Program-made: the position numbers and the translations under genes
Shown here: piece by piece, positions 30,685 to 39,505 of the stretch
Numbering within the stretch: the stretch's first letter is position 1
Layout of the letters: each line of letters opens with the position of its first letter
IMG/VR virus record: IMGVR_UViG_3300035684_000001
Span: 64,001-128,000 of that record
Reading direction: 5' to 3' (one strand)
From: a virus
DNA length: 64,000 bases
Notes under the pieces: model-generated
Seen by the model: the letters and a program-made list of their open reading frames with translations, nothing else
Database searches by the model: none
What the model was told of the DNA's origin: nothing

Positions 30685-31094
30685 AAATTTTTAGGTAATA
30701 GCGTGTGCCTGCAATAGAACATCAATATATTATTCAACAGATCTATTGTGTCGTCAAACTCCAAAGGTTTTACAGTATAAGCATTGCAATGACCGTCATA
30801 AGCATCGATGATGTCGTGAGTGTTTTTTGATGTAGTTAAAATAACTACTGGAATCCGTTTTATCCTCGCAGTATTTTTAATGAAACGTAAAACGTCTTTC
30901 CCTGAAACAAGCGGTAAATTCCAATCAAGAATCACTAAGTCTGGCTGATTTGGCTCTTGCAATCGCAAGATAGCCGATCGCCCGGTTTTGACAACTTCTA
31001 GGTTGATGTTAAGTTCTGTTTTTTCAAAAGCAATTTTTGCTATTTCAGCATCGTCGGGTGAATCTTCAACCAATAAAACACTATATTTAGTCAT
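30681..31094 (-). CDS. Single-domain response regulator, Rcp1-like
   Basis: VLLVEDSPDD, PDLVILDWNLP, RIPVVILTTS, NAYTVKP: typical of regulators paired with Cph1-type kinases. Confidence 0.9.
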   Translation of the reverse strand: MTKYSVLLVEDSPDDAEIAKIAFEKTELNINLEVVKTGRSAILRLQEPNQPDLVILDWNLPLVSGKDVLRFIKNTARIKRIPVVILTTSKNTHDIIDAYDGHCNAYTVKPLEFDDTIDLLNNILMFYCRHTLLPKNL

Positions 31095-31099
31095 TGTTT

Positions 31100-33121
31100 T
31101 TAAATTGCACTAAATAACAATCCTTCTGTTGATGCTGGAATTGTAAAGTAAAATATACTTCCAGTACCATCACCTTCAGACTCTACCCAAATATTGCCTT
31201 TGTGTCTATTAATCACTTTGCGACAAATAGCTAAGCCCATTCCCGTTCCAGGAAAATCAGATTCGCTGTGCAGTCTTTTCCAAATTTCAAAAATCTGTTT
31301 TTGATACTGCGGATCGATGCCAATACCGTTATCGGCAATTGCATATTTCCAAAACCTAGACCCTTCTAGGTGGCAACTAATCCATACCGAAGGAGTTTCA
31401 GTAAGGTCGTTAAACTTGATGGCATTGCTAATTAAATTTTGAAATACCGAAACCAACTGAGAACGATCGCAATTAATCGTTGGAAAATTTGGCGTTAAAA
31501 ATTCAATTTTTGCTTTTTTTCTAGTTATTAGATCTGTTAAATTGTCTATCGCTTCCTGAATGATAGATTCACTGCTGTTTGGCTCAAATGGTTTTTTATT
31601 TGAATTTATTCGACTTAACTGTAACTGTTCTTCAATTTGTTCAGATAGTTTTCTAACGCTTGACGATACCTTTTCTAGACGATTGGTAATTTCACTGTCT
31701 TTGACTCCAATAATAGTTAACCGATTTTCTAGTAGTTTTTGATTATTGGAAATCGCTCTTAATGGTTCTTGCAAATCATGAGACAGTGAATAAACCACTG
31801 TTTCTAGATCTTTTTGAAACATAAATTGTTCTGTGTAGTCGATCGCTACACCTATAATGTCTCCGTTTTCTAACAACACGGTATGATTGTGAAAAATTGT
31901 TCCGTTAGCGCTAACGAACCCTGAGTGAGTAGAAAGTTCAAAAGCTTCCTTAAAAAACTGTTGATTTTTTGGATAATTTGCATTTTCTTCAAAGATATTT
32001 TTCCCTAATAGTCCTTTGTGAAAAACTTGATAATCGACTAGACTGTTTCCTAAGCAATATGTACAAATTCCTAATTTATCAAGCTTGTATAGGACTATAG
32101 GTGCTGTTTCGATGATTCGATCGAGATAGTAAGCCTGAAGGTAGTCTGATTCTTTGTTGGCGATCGCGCTACAAATTATAAATCCAGCTTTTCTTAAAAA
32201 TGTACTTTCTACCTCATTCCATGCAACACAGGGTGACTCTATTTCGATAAATCCCCAGTGAATGCTATTGATAAAAATTGGTATTACAACTAATTCTGGT
32301 GTTATCACATCTTGATAACTAAGAGTTCTTGTTGTTGATAAACGATCTTCTTTTAATGTAAACAAACATTCGTCGCCAAATAAAATAGAACAATTATTTG
32401 CTTGAAACAACTGTTGCAAAGACTGAATAGAAGCTTTTACTAATACTTGAAACGTTTTCCAATCGCTTGGGGTATTTAACAATGATTTGATTTTGCTTAT
32501 TGTTTTTGTGTGACCGCGATCTATAAATACCAATTTTATGTCCGATCTGGCTATTGCGTACTCCAAATATTGACACGTTTGTATTATAAGCAATAAATCG
32601 CTTTCAACCCATTCACGACTATTTTCGTTCCAGCAAATAAGTGCGCCCCACTCCAAATTGTTGATCTCTATGCAGCCACTGAGAACAGACTCAATTCCAA
32701 GACTAGAAAGCTCCTCGTGGTAAGGAGATCTATCTTTAGTCATGTCAACGCTTTCGTAAATTTGCTGCGACAAACTTCTTAAATGCCGACCAACAAATTC
32801 TTTATGTATTATTTCATTCCACCTGTCTTTTGAAGCGTCTGCAAGAATCCTTGGTCCTCGATCGGTCAAGATTAAGTTAAATTCACAAATCAAAACGCCA
32901 TCACAGCCAATTATTTCTTTGACTTTGGCTGCAAGGGCAATCGCTGCATTGCATATCTCGTCACCTGACAAATTTCGTCCTTGAGGTAGTGCTGGAAGTC
33001 CTAAGAAGTTCTTACTCGTGAGCATAATTTTTTTCAAAACATAAACCCCTTCTGGGATACCCAGAAAGGGTTTATTGTAAAGGTTTTGGCTCATTATACT
33101 CTTTTTTGGGGTTGGTGGCAA
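31100..33121 (-). CDS. Sensor histidine kinase (GAF-GAF-PAS-like-HisKA-HATPase, Cph1/BphP-class kinase module)
   Basis: SHDLQEPLR (H-box), VFQNLISNAIKF (N), DNGIGID (G1), GTGMGLAIC (G2), with two N-terminal GAF-like segments. True start may be MSQ (33094) or MLT (33025). Confidence 0.9.
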   Translation of the reverse strand: MPPTPKKSIMSQNLYNKPFLGIPEGVYVLKKIMLTSKNFLGLPALPQGRNLSGDEICNAAIALAAKVKEIIGCDGVLICEFNLILTDRGPRILADASKDRWNEIIHKEFVGRHLRSLSQQIYESVDMTKDRSPYHEELSSLGIESVLSGCIEINNLEWGALICWNENSREWVESDLLLIIQTCQYLEYAIARSDIKLVFIDRGHTKTISKIKSLLNTPSDWKTFQVLVKASIQSLQQLFQANNCSILFGDECLFTLKEDRLSTTRTLSYQDVITPELVVIPIFINSIHWGFIEIESPCVAWNEVESTFLRKAGFIICSAIANKESDYLQAYYLDRIIETAPIVLYKLDKLGICTYCLGNSLVDYQVFHKGLLGKNIFEENANYPKNQQFFKEAFELSTHSGFVSANGTIFHNHTVLLENGDIIGVAIDYTEQFMFQKDLETVVYSLSHDLQEPLRAISNNQKLLENRLTIIGVKDSEITNRLEKVSSSVRKLSEQIEEQLQLSRINSNKKPFEPNSSESIIQEAIDNLTDLITRKKAKIEFLTPNFPTINCDRSQLVSVFQNLISNAIKFNDLTETPSVWISCHLEGSRFWKYAIADNGIGIDPQYQKQIFEIWKRLHSESDFPGTGMGLAICRKVINRHKGNIWVESEGDGTGSIFYFTIPASTEGLLFSAI

Positions 33122-33360
33122 TGTTGGGCGACCGGGCTACCCAATATTGCCACCAACTCTTAAGGGCGATCGGTTTACAAACAAGAGCTCCCTTAAGTAT
33201 TGACAGCATTTTTTAGTTTGACCCATAAATTTTTTTCGATAAATGTATCTACTTTACTTTTTTGATCAGTATATTTTATTAAAGTTTTATTGGTATTGAT
33301 TTTTGATTTAAAATAATTTATATTAAAAAAGTAAACCGCAAAACAATAAAAAATAATTCA

Positions 33361-33684
33361 ATGAAAGTACAAATTAAAACAGGTAGTGAATGGCACACTA
33401 CAGAGCGTCGCGGATCAATGGTAAAGATAAACGGCAAACCTATTTATGAAGTGCTAAAACCGATTAATAAGCCCGAATGGGAACTTGTCGGAAACAAAGG
33501 CACTCACGGTAAATGGTGCGTTGCAGAATACGAACTACCAAAAGGCGCAAAAATTGAATTTAAAGCTACAGCTAACAATCGCGAAGATATAGTTAGCTCT
33601 TTTGTTGTCGGAGAAATACCGTCAATCGATGTAGACGGCTATACTTACAACAATAGCATTTGCGGTTGGATTGTTTCAATTTAA
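33361..33684 (+). CDS. Hypothetical protein
   Basis: 107-aa ATG ORF after an AT-rich divergent promoter region. Confidence 0.65.
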   Translation: MKVQIKTGSEWHTTERRGSMVKINGKPIYEVLKPINKPEWELVGNKGTHGKWCVAEYELPKGAKIEFKATANNREDIVSSFVVGEIPSIDVDGYTYNNSICGWIVSI

Positions 33685-33745
33685 CATCTAAAACAATAAA
33701 CTCGACCGCCTCGCCCGGTCGCCTGCCACCAAATCAAAACACACG

Positions 33746-33777
33746 CCCTGCCTGGGATTCCCTGAGCAGGGTTTTTT
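33746..33777 (+). terminator. Intrinsic terminator-like hairpin
   Basis: CCCTGC...GCAGGG followed by TTTTTT. Confidence 0.45.
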
Positions 33778-33781
33778 ATTT

Positions 33782-35296
33782 ATGGAAGAAACGAAAACTA
33801 AACCGATCGCCCCTGCAACGCCCGCGACTAAGCCGATCGCCCCCGCCGCGCAGCAACCGACGCAGCAATCCTACCCGACACCGGAGGATGTAAAAAAAGT
33901 TTTGCCTCAGTTCGACCTTGACTCGATCCGGAAAAACTTGCCTTACATTCTAAGGGCGATGAACGAAGCTGGGTTGAAATCAAAGAATCAACTTGTTGGC
34001 ATCATTGCCACAATGGGAACGGAAACCCTTAATTTTACGCCAGCATCGGAAATAGGGCCGGGAAGCTCCAGCGTTGAAGGTGGATCAAATTTCAGGGGCC
34101 GTGGATATATACAATTGACCCACACCTACAATTACGAGATGTTTGGGAAGTTGTTAAACTTGCCTCTGCTGCAAAATCCAGAATTAGCCGGACAGCCAGA
34201 AATTGCAGCAAAGATAGCAGTAACTTATTGGCAAGGAAAGCACAATGCCGCTCAAAACTGTCAAGTATCTGCTGAGGCACAAGATTGGCACGAGGTAAGG
34301 CGAAAAATCCAAGGAAATCCCAACGGTCACGACAACGATTTCGGGAGAACCTTCAAGCCCGCGATTGATCGCGCAATGGCAATTTTTAAATCCGGGATCG
34401 ATGGGATGCCAGCCCTCCCGGGCAACACCGGCGCAACCGATTTTGATACCGGAGGAGCACCCGCAGTTACGATGGTCGGTCAGCACAACCCAACCAGTCA
34501 ATTAGGGGCGATGGAAGCGGCGCTGGGATTGATGGCCCTGGACTCCCACAAAACCCATATTGCTCAATTCTATTTAGACCTTCACGGTCAGCCCGATATT
34601 TTAAAGTTAGATGCCGGATTGACATTTGAAGCGCGGGGGCTGGGAGAAGGACTGGACGATACTTATACTGTGGAAGAAGTTCTGTTCCTTTTTGGCGATC
34701 GCCTCGAAGCAGAAGTAACTGCTTTCAAGCCCGATCCTAATGCAAAAATTCAAATGTTCCGGGGTGATGCTTCCAAACCGGATGCCCCGCAGAAACATCA
34801 AGCCGCTCCAGAAAGCGCGATCGCTCAGACTGTCACGGTAAGCGGAATGCCAGTTTCAAAGCAGGGGTGGCGATCTCCTATGGATATTAAGGGAAATTCA
34901 GTTATAGACGTGGGTGAATATGGAAGTGCTAGGGGACGGCATCATGCAGGAATTGATTACGGTGGACATGGTTCCGGTTCAGATCCAGATGCAGTTTTTG
35001 CAGCTAAATCGGGAAAAGTTACAATAGTCAAAACCGACATGAGTGGTGGAGCCGGGCGGATGGTTCGGATCGATCACGGAGATAATACAGAATCTGTATA
35101 CATGCACTTAGCGATGCCAATTTTGGTAAAAGAAGGTCAATCTGTCCAATCTGGTCAAAAAATTGCTACAAGAGGTGGATCTGGATTTGGTTCTGAAAGC
35201 GGATATGCAATTCACTTACATTTTGGAGTTTATATTAACGGTCAAGATGTAAATCCTCGCGACGTTCTTCCTCATCCTCAAGTAGCAAGAGCTTAA
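33782..35296 (+). CDS. Tail-associated lysin: GH19 glycosidase + baseplate-hub-like segment + M23 peptidase
   Basis: GRGYIQLTHTYNY (GH19); GQPDILKLDAGLTFEARGLGEGLDDTYTVEEV (gpD/hub C-terminal-like); HHAGIDYG, VYMHL, HLHFGV (M23). Confidence 0.85.
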   Translation: MEETKTKPIAPATPATKPIAPAAQQPTQQSYPTPEDVKKVLPQFDLDSIRKNLPYILRAMNEAGLKSKNQLVGIIATMGTETLNFTPASEIGPGSSSVEGGSNFRGRGYIQLTHTYNYEMFGKLLNLPLLQNPELAGQPEIAAKIAVTYWQGKHNAAQNCQVSAEAQDWHEVRRKIQGNPNGHDNDFGRTFKPAIDRAMAIFKSGIDGMPALPGNTGATDFDTGGAPAVTMVGQHNPTSQLGAMEAALGLMALDSHKTHIAQFYLDLHGQPDILKLDAGLTFEARGLGEGLDDTYTVEEVLFLFGDRLEAEVTAFKPDPNAKIQMFRGDASKPDAPQKHQAAPESAIAQTVTVSGMPVSKQGWRSPMDIKGNSVIDVGEYGSARGRHHAGIDYGGHGSGSDPDAVFAAKSGKVTIVKTDMSGGAGRMVRIDHGDNTESVYMHLAMPILVKEGQSVQSGQKIATRGGSGFGSESGYAIHLHFGVYINGQDVNPRDVLPHPQVARA

Positions 35297-35308
35297 TTTG
35301 AAATAAAA

Positions 35309-35728
35309 ATGGAACCTTACTTTTACCAACGACTAATAAAACAAGATGGCAAAATCATCCCTAATCCTCATAAACTACGTCCCCCAACCGAATTCAGGGT
35401 TATCGGCTGGAGTGCTGTAGCGGAGTATCGAATCGTATTTTTCCAAGAAGGTTATCTAAAAGGCGAATACCTGTACCGAGGTCGGGAGCCGATCGCCATC
35501 TCTGACGGAAACCTGGCAATTTACACTCGCGACAGCAACTCCGAAGCACCCCAAGGTGCAGTGAATATGGGAAACACTCAGTCAGTAAACAAGGTAGATT
35601 GGCGAGTAGGTATGCACGGAGTTCCCTCTGCTATCGCCGATGCCCTTCGCAATCCGATGAATCAAACCTGGGATATCCGACCTGAACAGGCAGGGTTCAA
35701 AGATTGGGAGCCTCCTGACGAAGGTTAA
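35309..35728 (+). CDS. Hypothetical protein in the tail gene cluster
   Basis: 139-aa ORF tightly spaced after the lysin. Confidence 0.65.
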   Translation: MEPYFYQRLIKQDGKIIPNPHKLRPPTEFRVIGWSAVAEYRIVFFQEGYLKGEYLYRGREPIAISDGNLAIYTRDSNSEAPQGAVNMGNTQSVNKVDWRVGMHGVPSAIADALRNPMNQTWDIRPEQAGFKDWEPPDEG

Positions 35729-35909
35729 AAAAAGAGTTGCGAGTTTTGGGAGATCGGTGTATGCTTGTTGTAGAAATACCGATATCGCACGGGCGATCGG
35801 GTTGAAAATATTGTAAAACAATATTTTCAATGTCCTAAAAAATAAATAATTTGCTATGTCAGCCGTCCAAACCTTTTGGGCGGTTGTTGTCGTTTCTAGG
35901 AGTAAAAAG

Positions 35910-36974
35910 ATGGCATTGGAACTCGAAGTTAGAAATTTAGTTGCAGCCACAACTCAATTAAGCAATACTGTCAGTGAAGAACTAAATAAAGTCAGAACGG
36001 AAAATGCAAATTTTAAAGCAGATCTTGCAACTAGCTTTAATACGCAAAGGCTTACTGCAAGTCGGGTAAGTCTTGTTAGTAATTCCTATAGTCCAATAGA
36101 AGTTCAAAATACAGGCAAGATAGGAAATACTATTTGCAGGAACTACGCTTTTTTCAATATGAAAAAAGGAGAGGCTAACGGAGGAAACTGGGATGGTTTT
36201 GCGCTGTATTCTTACAGATTCACTGATGCTAACACATTAGCTCCATCTGGTGTTGCAGTTCCTTTTGTTATTTTCGACAATAATAGTGTTTCAATAGGAG
36301 GTTCTCAGCCTTCTGCAATGGCAAGCGATACTTTTGCCATTGGATATCAAGCTCTAACAGCTTCATTGCAATATACAAGTGCCGTTGGAATAGGAGCGTC
36401 AGCTAATGTTACAGGCAACAACCAAATCCAATTGGGCAACGCTGGAATGGCAGTCTATTCCCAAAACGCTATACAGCTCAGATCTGATAGAAGAGACAAA
36501 ACAGATATTCGTCCAACCGTTTTAGGTCTTGAATTTATTAAAGCTTTAAAACCAGTCGATTTCCGCTGGGACACGAGGGATGCCTATAGAGTTCCTGCAC
36601 CTACAGCTCCTACTCCAATCTCAGAAGAAGCTTCTGAAAGCGAAAAGCAAAAATACGAATCTGCGATGGTAGCTTATAACGCTGCAATAACAGAATGGCA
36701 AGAAAAAAATAAAACAGACGTTTTAAAACCTGATGGCAGTAAAAAAAGAAATAGAATTCACCACGGTTTAATAGCTCAAGATGTTGAAGAATTAATCCGT
36801 TCGACTAATCAAGATTTTGGGGGTTTTCAAGATCATAAATATTCTGGTGGTGCCGATGTTTTGAGTATTGGCTACACCGAATTAATCGCACCTTTAATTA
36901 AAGCGGTTCAGGAGTTAGCTCAAGCCAACCAGGAATTGCGGGGAAGAATTGAAACATTAGAAGCAAGGAAGTGA
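35910..36974 (+). CDS. Tail fibre/spike with C-terminal intramolecular chaperone (Peptidase_S74)
   Basis: AGGAG RBS before ATG 35910. SDRRDKTDI..ALKPVDFRW..HGLIAQDVEE..YTELIAPLIKAVQEL..IETLE. Confidence 0.9.
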   Translation: MALELEVRNLVAATTQLSNTVSEELNKVRTENANFKADLATSFNTQRLTASRVSLVSNSYSPIEVQNTGKIGNTICRNYAFFNMKKGEANGGNWDGFALYSYRFTDANTLAPSGVAVPFVIFDNNSVSIGGSQPSAMASDTFAIGYQALTASLQYTSAVGIGASANVTGNNQIQLGNAGMAVYSQNAIQLRSDRRDKTDIRPTVLGLEFIKALKPVDFRWDTRDAYRVPAPTAPTPISEEASESEKQKYESAMVAYNAAITEWQEKNKTDVLKPDGSKKRNRIHHGLIAQDVEELIRSTNQDFGGFQDHKYSGGADVLSIGYTELIAPLIKAVQELAQANQELRGRIETLEARK

Positions 36975-36981
36975 TTAATAA

Positions 36982-37860
36982 ATGCCACCAAAAATTTTGT
37001 TCAAGAGGGGAACTACAGACAAAGCTAGTGCATATGCTGGTCAACAAGGCGAAGTTATTCTCGATATCGGGCTAAAAACTTTAAGAGTTCAGGATGGAGT
37101 TACCGTAGGCGGCAATATCCTGGCTGACCGTAACTTTGTTACGGAGGCTGTTGGAAGTGCAGTTCAAGGACTGATCACTAAAACTGCTTGTCGAGTCGCA
37201 ACAACGGGGAACCTCACAGCATCCTACACCAATAAAACCCTGACAAACACGGGCAATCTAACAGCCCTGACAATCGACACGATCGCGCTAACAACAAATG
37301 ATCGCGTCCTAGTAAAAAATCAAACCAATTCAAGTCAAAACGGAATTTTTCGGGTAGTAAATCCGGGTTCCGCTTCAGTACCTTGGACTTTAGTTCGCGA
37401 TGTTGATGCAGATATTAGCTCTGAGATGCCGTCGGGAACTTACACTTTTGTTACCGAAGGAGCGGTAAACGCTAGTATTGGCTTTTCGCTGGCGACCAAA
37501 AACCCGATTACCCTCGATACCACTCCACTGGAATTTACTCAGTTCAGTGGTGCAGGTCAAATAGATGCAGGCGAAGGACTAACAAAAAGTGGGAACAGGC
37601 TTAACGTCGCTACAGCTTCCGCATCAAGGATTGCTGTTGGCGAAAATACAATCGACTTAGCAACTACGGGGGTTACTGCTGGAGAGTACCGTATATTGAC
37701 AGTTGATGCTTACGGCAGAACTACTGGGGCTAGAAACCCTAGCACTTTAGCTGACTTCGGACCAGTACCAACAGCGCCCACAGGTGCCGCCACCAATGAA
37801 CCGGCTAGTTGTGCGTTTGTTCAGCAGGAGTTGTCCATTATTGATGGTGGAGTGATGTGA
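36982..37860 (+). CDS. Tail-fibre protein with Mtd_N-like N-terminus
   Basis: ILFKRGT..GQQGEVILDIGLKTLRVQDGVTVGG (Mtd_N-like), then the RVATT..RVLVKNQT..QNGIF..FVTEG fibre module; ends IDGGVM. Confidence 0.8.
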   Translation: MPPKILFKRGTTDKASAYAGQQGEVILDIGLKTLRVQDGVTVGGNILADRNFVTEAVGSAVQGLITKTACRVATTGNLTASYTNKTLTNTGNLTALTIDTIALTTNDRVLVKNQTNSSQNGIFRVVNPGSASVPWTLVRDVDADISSEMPSGTYTFVTEGAVNASIGFSLATKNPITLDTTPLEFTQFSGAGQIDAGEGLTKSGNRLNVATASASRIAVGENTIDLATTGVTAGEYRILTVDAYGRTTGARNPSTLADFGPVPTAPTGAATNEPASCAFVQQELSIIDGGVM

Positions 37861-37950
37861 CGCTAGTTCCATCGACTGATACAACCGATGGAACTAGCAG
37901 TTTTGTTGCCAATCTTCATTGATCGTACCCAACGACCTCCTCTGAATTTT

Positions 37951-38163
37951 ATGCCAATTACTTTTGTCGCCGACCTTGATATGGACGGAAATTCAATTGA
38001 CAACGTACAACAATCTAGTTCCCTTAACTCAGTTGCTACAGTAGGAAAACTTGAAACAAGTTTGTCTGTAAAAGCAAATGCTATCCATGTTCACGATTCA
38101 GCAGATATTCAAAATATTGAGAATCTATTTCAAGATATTACTTTAGATGGAGGAACTCTTTAA
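37951..38163 (+). CDS. Small fibre-like protein ending in a DGG motif
   Basis: DLDMDGNSIDNV, KANAIHVH..DI (H-x-H fibre repeat); ends LDGGTL. ORF 37888..38163, likely ATG at 37951. Confidence 0.6.
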   Translation: MPITFVADLDMDGNSIDNVQQSSSLNSVATVGKLETSLSVKANAIHVHDSADIQNIENLFQDITLDGGTL

Positions 38164-38229
38164 TAATGCCAATAATAAAAATGGTCGCGGTAAAAAACCA
38201 GAAGATGACAGATTTAATAGCGGGGTGAT

Positions 38230-38427
38230 ATGCTGCTAGTTCCATCAATTGTGTCGATCGACCTTACAAGAAATTCTGTTCCCAATGTTCAACCGATCTC
38301 GCCCAATTCTCAAGTTCATACCGAATTAGTGCAAAAACTATTGACTCAAGTAGTGTCTCAACAGGGTTCTCAGATTGTAAATCTTTTGGACTTGAGCGAT
38401 ATCACAATTGATGGAGGAGAACTTTAA
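38230..38427 (+). CDS. Small protein ending in a DGG motif
   Basis: 65 aa; ends DITIDGGEL, like its neighbours. Confidence 0.55.
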   Translation: MLLVPSIVSIDLTRNSVPNVQPISPNSQVHTELVQKLLTQVVSQQGSQIVNLLDLSDITIDGGEL

Positions 38428-38428
38428 T

Positions 38429-39391
38429 ATGAGTACGGGTATCGTCCAACACTTCCGAGGAGACACTGATAAAAATAAGGTGTTTAAAGGTTTACCGGGA
38501 CAGATTACGGTAGATACTCAATACGGGACAGCTATAGTTCATGATGGGAATCAAGTTGGGGGATTTCGCTTAGCTAGAGAACTTGTGACTGAAGCGGTAA
38601 TTGCTAATACAGCGGCGATCGTCGATCTTCAAAAACGATTGACGCAAACAGAGGTTAATATTGATGTTGCCCTATCTGGGCTTGATATCAAGGCTTCTGT
38701 TAGGGTTGCCACCACCGGAAATCTCACCGCATCCTTTGCAAACAACGTACTTACTAACACAGGTACATTATCACCGATCGCCGTTGACACAATTTCCCTA
38801 GCTTTGGGTGATCGGGTCTTAGTCTGGAACCAGACTGCTGCGCTGCAAAACGGTTTGTATACCGTCACTAACGTCGGATCTGCTACGGTTGCTTGGACTT
38901 TAACTAGAGCTACTGATGCCAACACCTCGGCTCTAGTGCTAAAAGGGATGTATTGCTTTGTCTCTGAAGGGAGCGCAAACAGGAACAAAGGATTTGCGCT
39001 AATTACTTCTGGGACGATCACCCTCAACAGCACACCCCTAACTTTTACTCAAGTTTCGGCAGCGGGGCAACTAATTGGCGGTAACGGATTAATTAACTCC
39101 GGTCAAGCCTTAGATGTTGTAACTGCCTCTAGTTCTCGGATCGTTGTTGCACCAGACGCGATCGACTTGGCAACTACTGGAGTGACTCCAGCGACATACG
39201 GAAGAGTTGTGGTTGACTCCTACGGGCGCGTAATCTCTGGGAGCAACCCGTCGGCTATGGGCTGGGCTTCGCCCACGGGAAACCCCAACCGTCAGACTTT
39301 TGTGACATCTACCGTAACAACAGTTGGGCTAGCTGAAAGGCTGAAAGCATTGATTGACGATTTGACGGCGATCGGGGTACTCAAACCGTAG
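38429..39391 (+). CDS. Tail-fibre protein with Mtd_N-like N-terminus (paralog of 36982)
   Basis: QHFRGDT..GQITVDT..VHDGNQVGG, KASVRVATTGN, DRVLVWNQT..QNGLY, FVSEG. Confidence 0.8.
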   Translation: MSTGIVQHFRGDTDKNKVFKGLPGQITVDTQYGTAIVHDGNQVGGFRLARELVTEAVIANTAAIVDLQKRLTQTEVNIDVALSGLDIKASVRVATTGNLTASFANNVLTNTGTLSPIAVDTISLALGDRVLVWNQTAALQNGLYTVTNVGSATVAWTLTRATDANTSALVLKGMYCFVSEGSANRNKGFALITSGTITLNSTPLTFTQVSAAGQLIGGNGLINSGQALDVVTASSSRIVVAPDAIDLATTGVTPATYGRVVVDSYGRVISGSNPSAMGWASPTGNPNRQTFVTSTVTTVGLAERLKALIDDLTAIGVLKP

Positions 39392-39505
39392 CAAAAATTA
39401 AGCAATGTTAAGTAGATTTTTTAAGAGCATTCTGATACACTAAAAAAAAGCGGGCGCTTTTAGAGAAGCGACCCCGCTGAAAAAAAAGAACACTAAGGAA
39501 TCATT

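Noticed and set aside
31100-33121. Calling the kinase a phytochrome (cph1)
   Set aside because: No PAS-GAF-PHY module, PASDIP motif or canonical chromophore Cys; only the kinase module is Cph1-like.
36982-39391. Diversity-generating retroelement suggested by Mtd_N-like domains
   Set aside because: No reverse transcriptase, Avd or TR/VR pair differing at adenines was seen in this window; the two fibre paralogs differ throughout.
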